The position numbers and the translations under genes were made by a program. The notes below the pieces were generated by a model. That model worked only from the letters and a program-made list of their open reading frames with translations. It was not told the origin of the DNA and ran no database searches. DNA of 54,409 nt from an uncultured Eubacteriales bacterium. GTDB lineage: Bacteria > Acidobacteriota > Aminicenantia > Aminicenantales > UBA8522. The DNA lies in the NCBI GenBank assembly GCA_964445305.1, contig CAYUKK010000016.1:1-54409 (forward strand). Direction: 5' to 3'. Below, piece by piece: positions 43,257 to 53,103 of the stretch (within the stretch, counting starts at the first letter, position 1; the number at the start of each line of letters is the position of its first letter).

Positions 43257-44011
43257 GCCCGTTTGGTGTCCTTGCGGAGCCAGACTTTAATGGATTGGAA
43301 AAGCCTTTCCTGAACAGCCAGGACCAGCTTGGCTTTGATGAGCTCGAGAAGGCTGAAGAAGGAGATGACCGCCTCCTCGAGGGATTCTTGCTGGTTGAAG
43401 TAATCAAGAAAATCCAGCACCGATTGCTCTTCGAGGCGAGCGATGATTTCGCGCATCTTTTTCTCGACCGAAACATTTTTCCCTTGGAGGAGCCTGAAGT
43501 TTTCCCCCTCCTTCCTCTTCATCAGGGTAAAGAAGGTTTCGGCCAGCTCAAAAAGGGAGATTTCCTCCAGATCCACCTCGCCTGTCTGGTCGAAGGGCGG
43601 TGGGACCATTCTTGTCCAGAGGAGGGACTGGGCTTCTTCCCTTTCTCGAAGGAGAGTCGAAGCCGCCTTCATCTTTTGATGTTCGATGATTTGGTCAACG
43701 AGAAAGCGGCGAGGGTCTTCCTCAAGCTCAGGCTCCTCCCTGGGCAGGAGCATCTGTGACTTGATGTGGATGAGGAGGGCGGCCATGAGCAGGAACTCTG
43801 CTTCTCGGTCGAGGTTGATTCTCTCTTTGTGCTGGAGGTATTCGAGATAATCCCGGGTGATGACGGCCATGGGAATGTTGTGGACGTCGATTTTCTTTTT
43901 CCGGATGAGGAAGAGAAGCAAATCCAGCGGTCCCTCGAAAACCTCGAGCCGGACGCGATAAGGAGGATGATCGGCTTCGAGGACCGTCCCGGCGAGCTTT
44001 GTTTCCTCCAT
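43253..44011 (-). CDS. scpA: SMC-Scp complex subunit ScpA (kleisin)
   Basis: FEGPLDLLL.LI, EFLLMAA.LI.IKS..LLP, F..LLEL. Confidence 0.95.
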   Translation of the reverse strand: MEETKLAGTVLEADHPPYRVRLEVFEGPLDLLLFLIRKKKIDVHNIPMAVITRDYLEYLQHKERINLDREAEFLLMAALLIHIKSQMLLPREEPELEEDPRRFLVDQIIEHQKMKAASTLLREREEAQSLLWTRMVPPPFDQTGEVDLEEISLFELAETFFTLMKRKEGENFRLLQGKNVSVEKKMREIIARLEEQSVLDFLDYFNQQESLEEAVISFFSLLELIKAKLVLAVQERLFQSIKVWLRKDTKRA

Positions 44012-44012
44012 T

Positions 44013-44708
44013 TCAGGTGAAGATGACGTTGAGGATGAATATTTCGACGGGTCGGATGATCAACCGGAGGATACCCAGGTAGACGAGGGCCAGGATGATG
44101 AGGAAGCCAAAAGGCCTGAGCCGCTCATATTTCTGGACGCTCTCGTCGGAGAGAAGCCCCATGAGCACCCCGCTTCCGTCAAGGGGAGGGATAGGAATGA
44201 GGTTGAAGACAGCCAAGTAGACGTTGACCAAAACACCGTAGAAGAGGATGAGGCTGAGGCCCTCAAGAGGGTAAAAGCCCTGCGGCAGGACGTGGCGACC
44301 GAGGAGGAAGTTCCTCAGGAAAAAAGCAACCCCCGGGCTTACGCTCTTGAGAAGCACAATGACCACAAGGCAGAGCCCGGCCACGGTCAGGTTAGAAGCC
44401 GGCCCGGCCGCCGAGATCCAAAGGTTATCCCGACGGGGATGGCGGAGGTTGAAGGGGTTGACGGGCACGGGTTTGGCCCAGCCGAAGGGAAGAGCGCCCA
44501 CGAGAACGAGAAGGAGAGGAAGTAATACTGTTCCTATCGGGTCTATATGAACAATAGGGTTTAGGGATATCCGGCCCATCCTCCAGGCCGTGTCATCACC
44601 GAACCGAAGCGCTGCCCAACCGTGAGCGGCTTCATGAACAGTGATGGCGAAGAGGAGAACGAAGAGGCTAATGATGAGCGTGATCGCATTCATGGAAACG
44701 ATTGGCAT
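44013..44708 (-). CDS. Site-2 protease (M50 family)
   Basis: HEAAH, WAKPVP, AGPASN, FNLIPIPPLDG. Confidence 0.92.
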   Translation of the reverse strand: MPIVSMNAITLIISLFVLLFAITVHEAAHGWAALRFGDDTAWRMGRISLNPIVHIDPIGTVLLPLLLVLVGALPFGWAKPVPVNPFNLRHPRRDNLWISAAGPASNLTVAGLCLVVIVLLKSVSPGVAFFLRNFLLGRHVLPQGFYPLEGLSLILFYGVLVNVYLAVFNLIPIPPLDGSGVLMGLLSDESVQKYERLRPFGFLIILALVYLGILRLIIRPVEIFILNVIFT

Positions 44709-44781
44709 TTATTTATAACACAAGAAGCAAAGGAGGTAAAGAAGTCAGCTGGCCGAGCCCGGAGGAGAGCCGCCCACATTT

Positions 44782-44810
44782 TTGACAGGCTCGTGACCCT
44801 GTGCTATAAG
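44782..44810 (+). promoter_or_regulatory. sigma70-type promoter for the fucosidase gene
   Basis: TTGACA-17 nt-TATAAG with a TGn extended -10. Confidence 0.7.
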
Positions 44811-44855
44811 CCTTGATGCTGTGAAATTATCTCTATAAAAACCCGAGGAGGCGTT

Positions 44856-46241
44856 TTGATGAAAACAGCCAATTTTCTTTCTTTGGGCCTTTTCTTTTTA
44901 CTCTTGGCCGTACCTTTTGCTTCTGCTTCTGGCCAGGAGACGGAGGCCCAGCGCGAGGCCAGGATGAAGTGGTGGACGGAGGCCCGTTTCGGGATGTTCA
45001 TCCACTGGGGTCTCTACGCGCTTCCGGCGCGGCATGAATGGGTGAAGCAGCACGAGGCTATGACCGACGAGGTATACGAGAAGTATTTTGCCCATTTCAA
45101 CCCTGACCTCTATGACCCGAGGGAATGGGCCCGCTTGGCCAAGGCCGCCGGGATGAAATACTTCGTTGTCACAACCAAACATCATGAGGGCTTTTGTCTT
45201 TGGGATTCGAAATACACGGATTACAAGGTCACCAACACTCCTTACGGCAAAGACCTGATTAGGCCGATGGTTGAGGCCTTCCGAGCTGAAGGTCTCCGCG
45301 TCGGGTTCTACCATTCTCTTCTCGACTGGCACCATCCGGATTATCCGGTTGACCGCTTCCACCCCATGTTTCAAAACGCCGAGTTCCGGGAGAAGGCCAA
45401 GCATCGGGATGTCCGCAAATACGCCCAATACCTCCACAACCAGGTCAGGGAGCTTCTGACGGAGTTTGGCCCGATCGACTGCCTGTTCATGGATTTCTCG
45501 TTTCCAGGGGAAAACGGCAAGGGTCGGAATGACTGGCAGTCGGAGAAACTCCTCAAGATGATCCGTGAGCTCCAGCCGTCCATCATCCTCAACGACCGGC
45601 TTGATCTGCTCGATGTGCCAGGCGGCTGGGATTACCGGACACCCGAGCAGTTCATGCCCCGCGAATGGGTGAAGATGAACGGCAAGCGCGTGCCATGGGA
45701 AACCTGTCAGACTTTTTCTGGCTCCTGGGGCTACCACCGCGATGAGGCCACCTGGAAGAGCGTCCGGCAACTCGTGGTCATGCTCATCGAAACGGTGAGC
45801 AAGGGCGGGAACCTCCTCCTCAACGTCGGACCGACAGCTCGGGGGACGTTCGATGAACGGGCCAGGGAGAGGCTCGAGGGAATCGGCCGGTGGATGAGAG
45901 AGCACAGCCGGTCGATTAACGGCTGCACCCAGGCACCCGAGGAGTTCCGACCGCCCCAGAATTGTCTCCTCACCTATAACCCGGAGACAAAACGTCTTTA
46001 TGTCCACGTCCTCGATTGGCCGATCGGAGCCCTCCATCTCGATGGTTACGCGGGGCGGGTCGAGTACGCACAGCTCCTCAACGATGCCTCGGAGATCAAG
46101 TTCATCGAGGAAAGCAGGTCGTCAGAAATTGGCTACCTCCCCGGAGAAAGAAAAGAGACGGCGGCCGCCAACCTGATTCTCCGCTTGCCCGTTCAGCCGC
46201 CGAATGTCACCGTTCCTGTCATCGAGCTGTTCTTAAAATGA
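44856..46241 (+). CDS. Alpha-L-fucosidase (GH29), exported
   Basis: Signal peptide; ARFGMFIHWG, TKHHEGFCLW, YHSLLDW, INDR-like, SWGY, GGNLLLNVGP. Confidence 0.93.
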   Translation: MMKTANFLSLGLFFLLLAVPFASASGQETEAQREARMKWWTEARFGMFIHWGLYALPARHEWVKQHEAMTDEVYEKYFAHFNPDLYDPREWARLAKAAGMKYFVVTTKHHEGFCLWDSKYTDYKVTNTPYGKDLIRPMVEAFRAEGLRVGFYHSLLDWHHPDYPVDRFHPMFQNAEFREKAKHRDVRKYAQYLHNQVRELLTEFGPIDCLFMDFSFPGENGKGRNDWQSEKLLKMIRELQPSIILNDRLDLLDVPGGWDYRTPEQFMPREWVKMNGKRVPWETCQTFSGSWGYHRDEATWKSVRQLVVMLIETVSKGGNLLLNVGPTARGTFDERARERLEGIGRWMREHSRSINGCTQAPEEFRPPQNCLLTYNPETKRLYVHVLDWPIGALHLDGYAGRVEYAQLLNDASEIKFIEESRSSEIGYLPGERKETAAANLILRLPVQPPNVTVPVIELFLK

Positions 46242-46377
46242 GGTCGACGCGCCAAAAATATGAAGCGAAAACAAAGCGACGAGGTCGGTCCCATTGTTTG
46301 ACCTCATTTCGAATGATGGATTAAAATGCCATCTTGATTCCATGACCAAGGATAAAGCTTATCTCGAGGAGGTTAAA

Positions 46378-47739
46378 ATGAAACCGGAAGCTTGGAGTCG
46401 AAGGTCATTCCTCCGCACCGTCGGCGCGACGGGCATGTTTGCCTTTTCCTGGAGGCCGGAGAGTCTGGAAAGGGTTGAGGCGGCGTCAAAATCCGTGGCC
46501 GACCTTTCCCCTGATGAGGTGGCCAGGGACGAATTCTACTGGAGGGAAGTCCAGTTGGGGTTCAAGCTCGACCGCTCCCTCATCAACCTCAACAACGGGT
46601 TCACCTGCCCCTGTCCCCGCGTTGTCCTCGAATCCGCCTTCCGCTACACGGAGATGATCAACATGCTCCCCGTCCATTATCAGGGGATGGTCGCCGGCAA
46701 CATCGAGACCATCCGGCGGCGGATGGCCAAGGAGTTCGGTTGTTCGCCCGAGGAGCTGGCTTTGACGCGCGGGGCGAGTGAGGCCATGCAGATCGCCATC
46801 AACGGCATTGACCTTGAGCCGGGCGATGAAGTCATCACCACCGAACAGGATTACCCCCGGATGCTGACGACATGGGACCAGCGGATGAGGCGGGAAGGAA
46901 TCAAGGTGACGCGTCTTCAGTTTCCCGTGCCGGCAACGCAGGATTATCTTTACACCATGTTCGAGAAAGCCATCACGCCGCGCACCAAGGTCTTCCATTT
47001 TTGCCACATCACCAACCTCACCGCCCAGCTTTTTCCTGTCCAGCGGCTGAGCCGACTGGCTCGCTCACGGGGGATCGTCACCATTGTCGACGGGGCGCAT
47101 GCCCTGGGGCACTTTCCGTTCCAATTGCGCGACCTCGAGTGCGATGCTTACGGCGTCAGCTTGCACAAATGGCTCTTGGCGCCTATCGGCAATGGCTGTC
47201 TTTACGTGCGGCGGGACATGATTCCCAAATTCTGGCCTCTTCAGGCCGCGCCCGAGCAGCAGGACGATGATATCCACAAGTTCGAGGCCATCGGCACTCA
47301 TCCGTGGGGAATTCGGGCGGCTCTGGGCGAAGCTCTGGCTTACCACCAGGCCATTGGCGCTGAACGCAAGGCAGCCCGCCTCCGTTATCTCAACCTCCGC
47401 TGGGTCAACGCTCTCAAAAAATATCCCCAAGTCAAAGTCTTGACCGATTTCTCTGAACCAGCCCAGGCCTGGGGCGTAGCCGCGGTGACGATCGATGGCA
47501 TTGACGTCAGGTCCCTGGCCAGGTTCCTTCGCCAGAAATACCGCATCATCGTTGTCCCTCTTGTCGGAGGAGCGCCACCCAACCAGGTCTTTGACTACCA
47601 GGCTATCCGTGTTTCACCCAACATCTACACGACGCTTGAAGAAATCGATACGTTCATCGAGGGAATGGAGGATGCGGTGAAAAGCGGTGTGCCGGAGGAT
47701 GAATTCCCGCCCGAAGCGGATGGCCCTGTCGACCTGTGA
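46378..47739 (+). CDS. Tat-exported class V PLP-dependent aminotransferase (isopenicillin-N-epimerase-like)
   Basis: GGAGG SD; SRRSFL twin-arginine signal; INLNNG, VDGAH, SLHKWL. Confidence 0.87.
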   Translation: MKPEAWSRRSFLRTVGATGMFAFSWRPESLERVEAASKSVADLSPDEVARDEFYWREVQLGFKLDRSLINLNNGFTCPCPRVVLESAFRYTEMINMLPVHYQGMVAGNIETIRRRMAKEFGCSPEELALTRGASEAMQIAINGIDLEPGDEVITTEQDYPRMLTTWDQRMRREGIKVTRLQFPVPATQDYLYTMFEKAITPRTKVFHFCHITNLTAQLFPVQRLSRLARSRGIVTIVDGAHALGHFPFQLRDLECDAYGVSLHKWLLAPIGNGCLYVRRDMIPKFWPLQAAPEQQDDDIHKFEAIGTHPWGIRAALGEALAYHQAIGAERKAARLRYLNLRWVNALKKYPQVKVLTDFSEPAQAWGVAAVTIDGIDVRSLARFLRQKYRIIVVPLVGGAPPNQVFDYQAIRVSPNIYTTLEEIDTFIEGMEDAVKSGVPEDEFPPEADGPVDL

Positions 47740-47771
47740 GTCGATGATGAGAAAAGAAAGGGGGAAGGGAG

Positions 47772-48197
47772 ATGAAACAGAAGAGCCTAACAGTTTTGGC
47801 CTTTCTGGTCATTTTTTCTGCTGCCCCGCTGATGGCAGCCATTGGCCAGGCGACCTTCAAGATTCCCTTCAAGTTTAAAGTAGAGGGGAAGAACTTGCCG
47901 GCTGGTGAATACGTCCTCGAAGAAGGAGGCGAGGGTCAACTTCTCCTCCGTCAACTGGCGACGGGCAAGGAGCTTCAGGTTCCCTATTCTGAGAAGCTGG
48001 CCCCGCCTTCCCCGCCTGTAGCTGAACCGCGCCTCGTCTTCGATGAGGTGGGCGATTTTGCTCCTTCCTACACCGAATACTTTACCGTCTATGTGCTCTC
48101 AGAAGTCTGGCTTTCGGAGAACGATGGTTTTCTTGTTCACACGACGAAAGGGTCGCACCAGCACAAGACCATTATGGGGACTAAGGCCGAAAAATAG
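47772..48197 (+). CDS. Secreted hypothetical beta-rich protein
   Basis: Signal peptide; IPFKF.V....LPAGEY motif. Confidence 0.7.
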   Translation: MKQKSLTVLAFLVIFSAAPLMAAIGQATFKIPFKFKVEGKNLPAGEYVLEEGGEGQLLLRQLATGKELQVPYSEKLAPPSPPVAEPRLVFDEVGDFAPSYTEYFTVYVLSEVWLSENDGFLVHTTKGSHQHKTIMGTKAEK

Positions 48198-48216
48198 AAA
48201 TTAAGCAAAAAGACGA

Positions 48217-49797
48217 TTAGCTCTTGAGAATTTTTTCGACTTCGTCCCTATCGACATCCAGGATGTAGGGGATGCCGCTCACCCGGGCTGCATCCTGGGT
48301 GAGGGCAGCGATGTCGTCGCGGGTGATGTAGCCGAGGCCGAACTTGCGGTTTCCGGCCATGAGCTGACGCAAGCCCTGGCTCAGCCGCTTGAAATAGGAA
48401 TAGAGTCCCAGCGCACCGGTCGGGATATCGTTGAACTTCTCGCCGTATTTTCTCTTGAGCTCCGGCGCCGTGACGAAGATTTCTTCGGCCGTGCTGCCGA
48501 AGCGCTCGACATAGACGGGAATCTGCCCCTCGGCGATGCGCTTGCCGATGGTTTTCCCGACCATGGTCGCGGCCATCGGTCCCCTGGCCATGCCCACAGC
48601 CTTGGCATAGGGAGCGCCCAGGGCTAAAGCCTTGAAAATCTGGTCCTCGAAGGTGATCCCGCCGCCGAAGACAATATCCGGGACATATTGGCCGGTCTTC
48701 GCCAGCCGATGGGCATACTGGTAGGTGAGAGACCAGATTTCTACTCCCGGGATACCCCATTCGTTCATCATCCGCCACGGGCTCATGCCCGTGCCGCCCC
48801 CAGCGCCGTCGACCGTGAGGAGGTCAATCCTGGCCTTGGAGGAATACTTGACCGCCCGGGCCAAATCAGCGGGACGGTAGGCGCCGGTCTTGAGGAAGAT
48901 ATACTTGGCGCCAGCGCGGCGGAGTTCCTCGACGCGGCGGAGAAAGCTCTCCTCCTCGACCATGCCCAGCCGGGAGTGGCGCTCGAACTCTTTGAAGCTT
49001 CCTTTTTCGAAAGCCTGGATAACACTCGGGTCGTCCGGGTCGGGCAGCACGATGTAGCCCCTTCTCTTGAGCTCCTGCGCTTTGGCCAGGCTCTTGATCT
49101 TGACCTCGCCGCCGATATCCTTGGCTCCCTGCCCCCACTTGAGCTCAACCGCCTCAACCCCCAGTTTTTCGATGACGTATTCCTGGACTCCCAGGCGGGT
49201 GTCCTCGACATTTGCCTGGACGACAACGGCGCCGTAGCCATCGTCCTGCCATGTCTGGAAAAGCTTGACCCGGGTCTCCATATCCGGAGAGCGGACGATG
49301 CGGCCATTCTTAATTTCTGCCTCCTCGTCCATGGCGCAGACGTTCTCACCGATGGTCAGGATGGTCCCGGCCAGGGCGGCTCCGATGGCCAACCCGGCCC
49401 AGTTCTGCTTGGCTACGTTGGTGGATCCCATTCCCGAGATGATGAAGGGAACTCGGAGCTTAATCCCCTTATCTCGGCCGACCCGAGTTTCGATGGTGAC
49501 TTTTTCGAAGGTGGCTTTGTCGGGGTCGGCCTCAACGCCATAAGCGCCCGCGGCCGTGCCCATGATGGTGAAGTGGGAGAGGTCAACAGGGTAATCTTTT
49601 TCCGAAGCGGCAGTGATGATGCCGAAAGGCTGGGGGTAGAGGACTTCGGCTCCGCGGTAGGCAGACTTGCCGATTTCGCACATGCCGATGCAGCCGTCCA
49701 CACAGGTGACGCACATGCCGCTAAACGGGCTGATCGATCCTTCGGTTCTGTTCTTGGTTAAAGTCGCTGCACTCCGGTTGAGTTTTGTGTAGGCCAT
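48217..49797 (-). CDS. Stand-alone FMN-binding glutamate synthase domain protein with an N-terminal Cys cluster
   Basis: CVTCVDGCIGMC, IGENV, ELKWGQGAK.IGG, LKTG, VDGAGGGTG, FGGG, KALALGA. No glutamine amidotransferase domain. Confidence 0.85.
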   Translation of the reverse strand: MAYTKLNRSAATLTKNRTEGSISPFSGMCVTCVDGCIGMCEIGKSAYRGAEVLYPQPFGIITAASEKDYPVDLSHFTIMGTAAGAYGVEADPDKATFEKVTIETRVGRDKGIKLRVPFIISGMGSTNVAKQNWAGLAIGAALAGTILTIGENVCAMDEEAEIKNGRIVRSPDMETRVKLFQTWQDDGYGAVVVQANVEDTRLGVQEYVIEKLGVEAVELKWGQGAKDIGGEVKIKSLAKAQELKRRGYIVLPDPDDPSVIQAFEKGSFKEFERHSRLGMVEEESFLRRVEELRRAGAKYIFLKTGAYRPADLARAVKYSSKARIDLLTVDGAGGGTGMSPWRMMNEWGIPGVEIWSLTYQYAHRLAKTGQYVPDIVFGGGITFEDQIFKALALGAPYAKAVGMARGPMAATMVGKTIGKRIAEGQIPVYVERFGSTAEEIFVTAPELKRKYGEKFNDIPTGALGLYSYFKRLSQGLRQLMAGNRKFGLGYITRDDIAALTQDAARVSGIPYILDVDRDEVEKILKS

Positions 49798-49831
49798 GAT
49801 TACCTCCTCATGTTCGCGATATCTATAAAAC

Positions 49832-50554
49832 TCACTCTTTTCTTTGGTTAGATGGATTTACTTCTTTTTTTGGGGCCAGAGCTTCTTGAACACAGGTGCC
49901 GCACCGGCCAGCATCGTACATCCAGCACTGAAGCTCGTCGTAGACGTCAAGGCAGGTCGGCTCCATTGTCAAGCAGGCGTTGCAGACATCTGTGTCCGGC
50001 TGGGGTCCCTGGCAACGCAGCTGGCAAGCCGGACAGATGTAGATACAGCCGCCGCAGAGGCGGCACTCCTCGGAGCGAATATCGAACGGGGTCGAGATTT
50101 TCCGGTTGTGGCCGCGGTTCTGAAAGCCGATGGCCCGGCCTTCCATCTGCTCGGCACACATGCGGACGCAGAGGCCGCACAGGATGCACTCCTCATTGCG
50201 GACCTTGAATCGCATCCGGCTGACGCCAAACTTAGAGGCGAGGTCCTGGATCGTCTTGGAGTTCGGGGCAACCGAGAGCATGAGCTCAATCATCATCCGG
50301 CGGGCTTCGATGACTCTCTTCGTATCAGTGCGGACAATGAGTCCATCTTCAGCCGGATAAGTGCAGGAAGAGACGAGTTTTGTGCGCGGTTCCTGGCCGA
50401 TTTCAACCAGGCAGAGGCGGCAACCGCCGAAAGGGCTCAATCCCTCGTGATAACAGAGAGTCGGAATTTCCAGGCCATAAAATTTGGCCGTCTCGAGCAC
50501 CGTCCATCCTTCTTCGGCTTTGACTTCAAGTCCGTTTAGAGTCAGCGTGATCAT
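49832..50554 (-). CDS. NuoG/HydA N-terminal-like Fe-S protein with a Cys-rich tail
   Basis: MITLTLNG, IPTLC..GGCRLC..SSC, CILCGLCVRMC, CRLCGGCIYICP, then eight further Cys. ATGA overlap with the upstream gene. Confidence 0.88.
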   Translation of the reverse strand: MITLTLNGLEVKAEEGWTVLETAKFYGLEIPTLCYHEGLSPFGGCRLCLVEIGQEPRTKLVSSCTYPAEDGLIVRTDTKRVIEARRMMIELMLSVAPNSKTIQDLASKFGVSRMRFKVRNEECILCGLCVRMCAEQMEGRAIGFQNRGHNRKISTPFDIRSEECRLCGGCIYICPACQLRCQGPQPDTDVCNACLTMEPTCLDVYDELQCWMYDAGRCGTCVQEALAPKKEVNPSNQRKE

Positions 50555-52452
50555 TGTTTTTCCTCCACGATGCGGATTGCTTCCTCTCTCTGGGCTTCGA
50601 CAGCCTCGTAGCGGCAAGCCTCGAGGCAGGCACCACACTTGATGCACTTGGCGTGGTCAATGACGTGGATTTCCTTAAGGGCACCCTTGATGGCCTCACT
50701 TGGGCATGCCTTCATGCAGGCCAAGCACCCGACGCACTTTTCTGGGACGACGACATACCTGATCAGGGCTTTGCACACTCCAGCTGGACACCTTTTTTCT
50801 TTGATGTGAGCTTCATATTCTTCTTTGAAGTAGCGGAGGGTTGACAGCACGGGGTTGGCGGCTGTTTGACCGAGGCCGCAAAGGGAGGCGTCCTTGACAG
50901 CGAGGGCCAACTCCTCGAGTAAATGGATATCTTCTTCTTTCCCCCTTCCTTGGGTGATATCGCTAACGATTTCCCACATGCGCTGGGTGCCCTCGCGGCA
51001 GGAAATGCACTTGCCGCATGACTCGTCTCGGAGAAAATTCAAAAAGTACTTGGCCACATCGACCATGCAGGTCTTTTCGTCCATGACGATCATGCCCCCC
51101 GAGCCCATGATCGACCCCGCTTTGGTCAGGCTCTCGTAGTCGATGGGCAAGTCCAGAAGCCTTTCGGGGAGACAGCCACCCGACGGTCCGCCCGTCTGGA
51201 CGGCTTTGAACTTTTTCCCATCGGGAATCCCACCTCCGATATCGAAAATGATTTCACGGAGAGTGATGCCCATCGGAACCTCAACCAAGCCGGTGTTGTT
51301 GATTTTGCCAACGAGAGAGAAAATCTTGGTTCCCTTGCTGCCGTTTGTCCCGATGCGGGCATACCATTCAGCGCCTTTATCGATGATGATGGGGACGGTA
51401 CCCCAGGTTTCCACGTTGTTGATGGTCGTCGATTTTCCCCACAGACCTTTGACCACCGGGAACGGAGGTCTTTGCCTCGGCTCGCCGACACGGCCTTCGA
51501 TCGAGGCAATCATGGCCGTCTCTTCGCCACAGACAAACGCGCCAGCTCCTTTGGCGATATGAAGGTCAAAACTGAAGTCTGTGCCGAGGATGTTGTCTCC
51601 GAGAAGGCCGAGCTCCCTGGCCTGCTCGATGGCCAGGCTGACGTGCTTTACGGCCAGAGGATATTCGTCGCGGACATAAACATACCCTTCCCTGGCACCA
51701 ATGGCATAGGCGCCGATGAGCATGCCTTCGAGCACCCGATGAGGATTTCCTTCGAGAAGACTCCGGTCCATGTAAGCCCCTGGGTCTCCCTCATCCGCGT
51801 TGCAGATAATGTATTTAAGGTCGCCCCGTGCTTTCCGGGCAAGGTCCCATTTTGCACCTGTGGGAAAGCCGGCCCCACCACGTCCCCTCAGGCCAGAGGC
51901 TTTAATTTCGCCGATGACTTGCTCCGGAGGCATCGAGCTCACCACCTTAACAAAGGAAAGATAGCCGCCGATGGAAAGATAATCATCAATCTCGGTTGGG
52001 TCGATGAGCTCATTATCGCCAAGGACGATTCTTTTCTGCTTTCGGTAAAAGGGAATCTCCTTTTCCTGGATGAATTTTTCCCCCGTTACGGGGTCCATGT
52101 AGAGGAGGTTTTCGAGGACCCTGTTGTGGAGAATGGTTTCAGTGATGATGGCCTGAGCGTTTCGGCCATCGACCTTTTGGTAGAAGATTTGTTGGGGATA
52201 AATGATGATGTTTGGCTCGGCTTCACAAAAACCGTGGCAACCCGTGACCCGGATCGACACTTCATCTTGTAGGTTTTCCTTCTTGATCACTTTTTTTAGG
52301 GCATCGACAACTTTGAGCGAGCCCCTCGCCTGACCGCACGTGCCAGCCGAGACAGTCAAAACGGGTCTTGTCTCGGCCTGTCTCTCTGCTTGGCGTCGGG
52401 AGACAAGCTCCTTGAAGTCATCAATCGAGCTGATCTTTTTTCTCGATTTCAT
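50551..52452 (-). CDS. NuoF/HydB-like FMN/NAD-binding diaphorase subunit (long form), paralog 2
   Basis: GLRGRGGAGFPTG, ADEGDPGAYMDR, GGPSGG, CGKCISCREG, HIKEKRCPAGVC, CVGCLACMKACP, CIKCGACLEAC. Confidence 0.93.
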   Translation of the reverse strand: MKSRKKISSIDDFKELVSRRQAERQAETRPVLTVSAGTCGQARGSLKVVDALKKVIKKENLQDEVSIRVTGCHGFCEAEPNIIIYPQQIFYQKVDGRNAQAIITETILHNRVLENLLYMDPVTGEKFIQEKEIPFYRKQKRIVLGDNELIDPTEIDDYLSIGGYLSFVKVVSSMPPEQVIGEIKASGLRGRGGAGFPTGAKWDLARKARGDLKYIICNADEGDPGAYMDRSLLEGNPHRVLEGMLIGAYAIGAREGYVYVRDEYPLAVKHVSLAIEQARELGLLGDNILGTDFSFDLHIAKGAGAFVCGEETAMIASIEGRVGEPRQRPPFPVVKGLWGKSTTINNVETWGTVPIIIDKGAEWYARIGTNGSKGTKIFSLVGKINNTGLVEVPMGITLREIIFDIGGGIPDGKKFKAVQTGGPSGGCLPERLLDLPIDYESLTKAGSIMGSGGMIVMDEKTCMVDVAKYFLNFLRDESCGKCISCREGTQRMWEIVSDITQGRGKEEDIHLLEELALAVKDASLCGLGQTAANPVLSTLRYFKEEYEAHIKEKRCPAGVCKALIRYVVVPEKCVGCLACMKACPSEAIKGALKEIHVIDHAKCIKCGACLEACRYEAVEAQREEAIRIVEEKQ

Positions 52453-52945
52453 CTTTCTTCTCTTTCTTTCCGTACTTTTTCAGGATGGAGGCGACTTTGC
52501 GGATGGACGTTTGAGCGTGGTAATCGCCATCGACGACAACCACTGGCCCGATGGCGCAGCAGCCTAAGCAATTGACTGTTTCCAAGGTAAATTCCCTGTC
52601 GGCGGTTGTTTCGCCCGCCTGGATGTTGAGAATTCGCTCAAACTCCTGGAGAATCTTGGGTCCTCCCCGAACATGGCAAGCTGTACCGAGACAGACAGTA
52701 GCCACATGCTTTCCTCGCGGCTTGAGGCTGAAGGCCCGATAGAAAGTGGCCACGCCGACGACGTCTATGAGGGGAATGCCGAGCGAGTGCGAGACGAGTT
52801 TGAGCGCATCTTGAGGAAGATAGTTGTATTCGGCCTGAATCTCCTGAAGGATAGCGATGAGAGCTCTCTTCCGGGCCTCATGCTTGGCGATGATGGATCT
52901 TATCTTGGTCTCGATGGCTGGCACGTTTTCCTCCGCGTTAGCCAT
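52421..52945 (-). CDS. NuoE/HydC-like [2Fe-2S] subunit, paralog 2
   Basis: LIAILQEIQ..YNYLP, VCLGTACHVRG, NCLGCCAIGP. Confidence 0.92.
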   Translation of the reverse strand: MANAEENVPAIETKIRSIIAKHEARKRALIAILQEIQAEYNYLPQDALKLVSHSLGIPLIDVVGVATFYRAFSLKPRGKHVATVCLGTACHVRGGPKILQEFERILNIQAGETTADREFTLETVNCLGCCAIGPVVVVDGDYHAQTSIRKVASILKKYGKKEKKDEIEKKDQLD

Positions 52946-53103
52946 GGCTTGAGGGGGAAAATGGAGTCATGGCGAGACTTTGAGCTTGGCTCCGTAGGGA
53001 AAGGAAAGATATAAGGAGTTGGTGATGTCGAAAGCCGAATAATATTTATGACTCCTTCTTATAAATATGAACCGAAAATATTATATCAAAAAAATGAGGC
53101 CCT

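Noticed and set aside
46236-46309. 10-bp inverted repeat AAATGAGGTC/GACCTCATTT after the fucosidase gene
   Set aside because: The loop is large, there is no U-tract and it is a single instance; too weak to call a terminator or an element.
50551-52452. Short DNA identities with 10096-11928 as inversion or recombination sites
   Set aside because: They are explained by protein-level conservation between NuoF paralogs.
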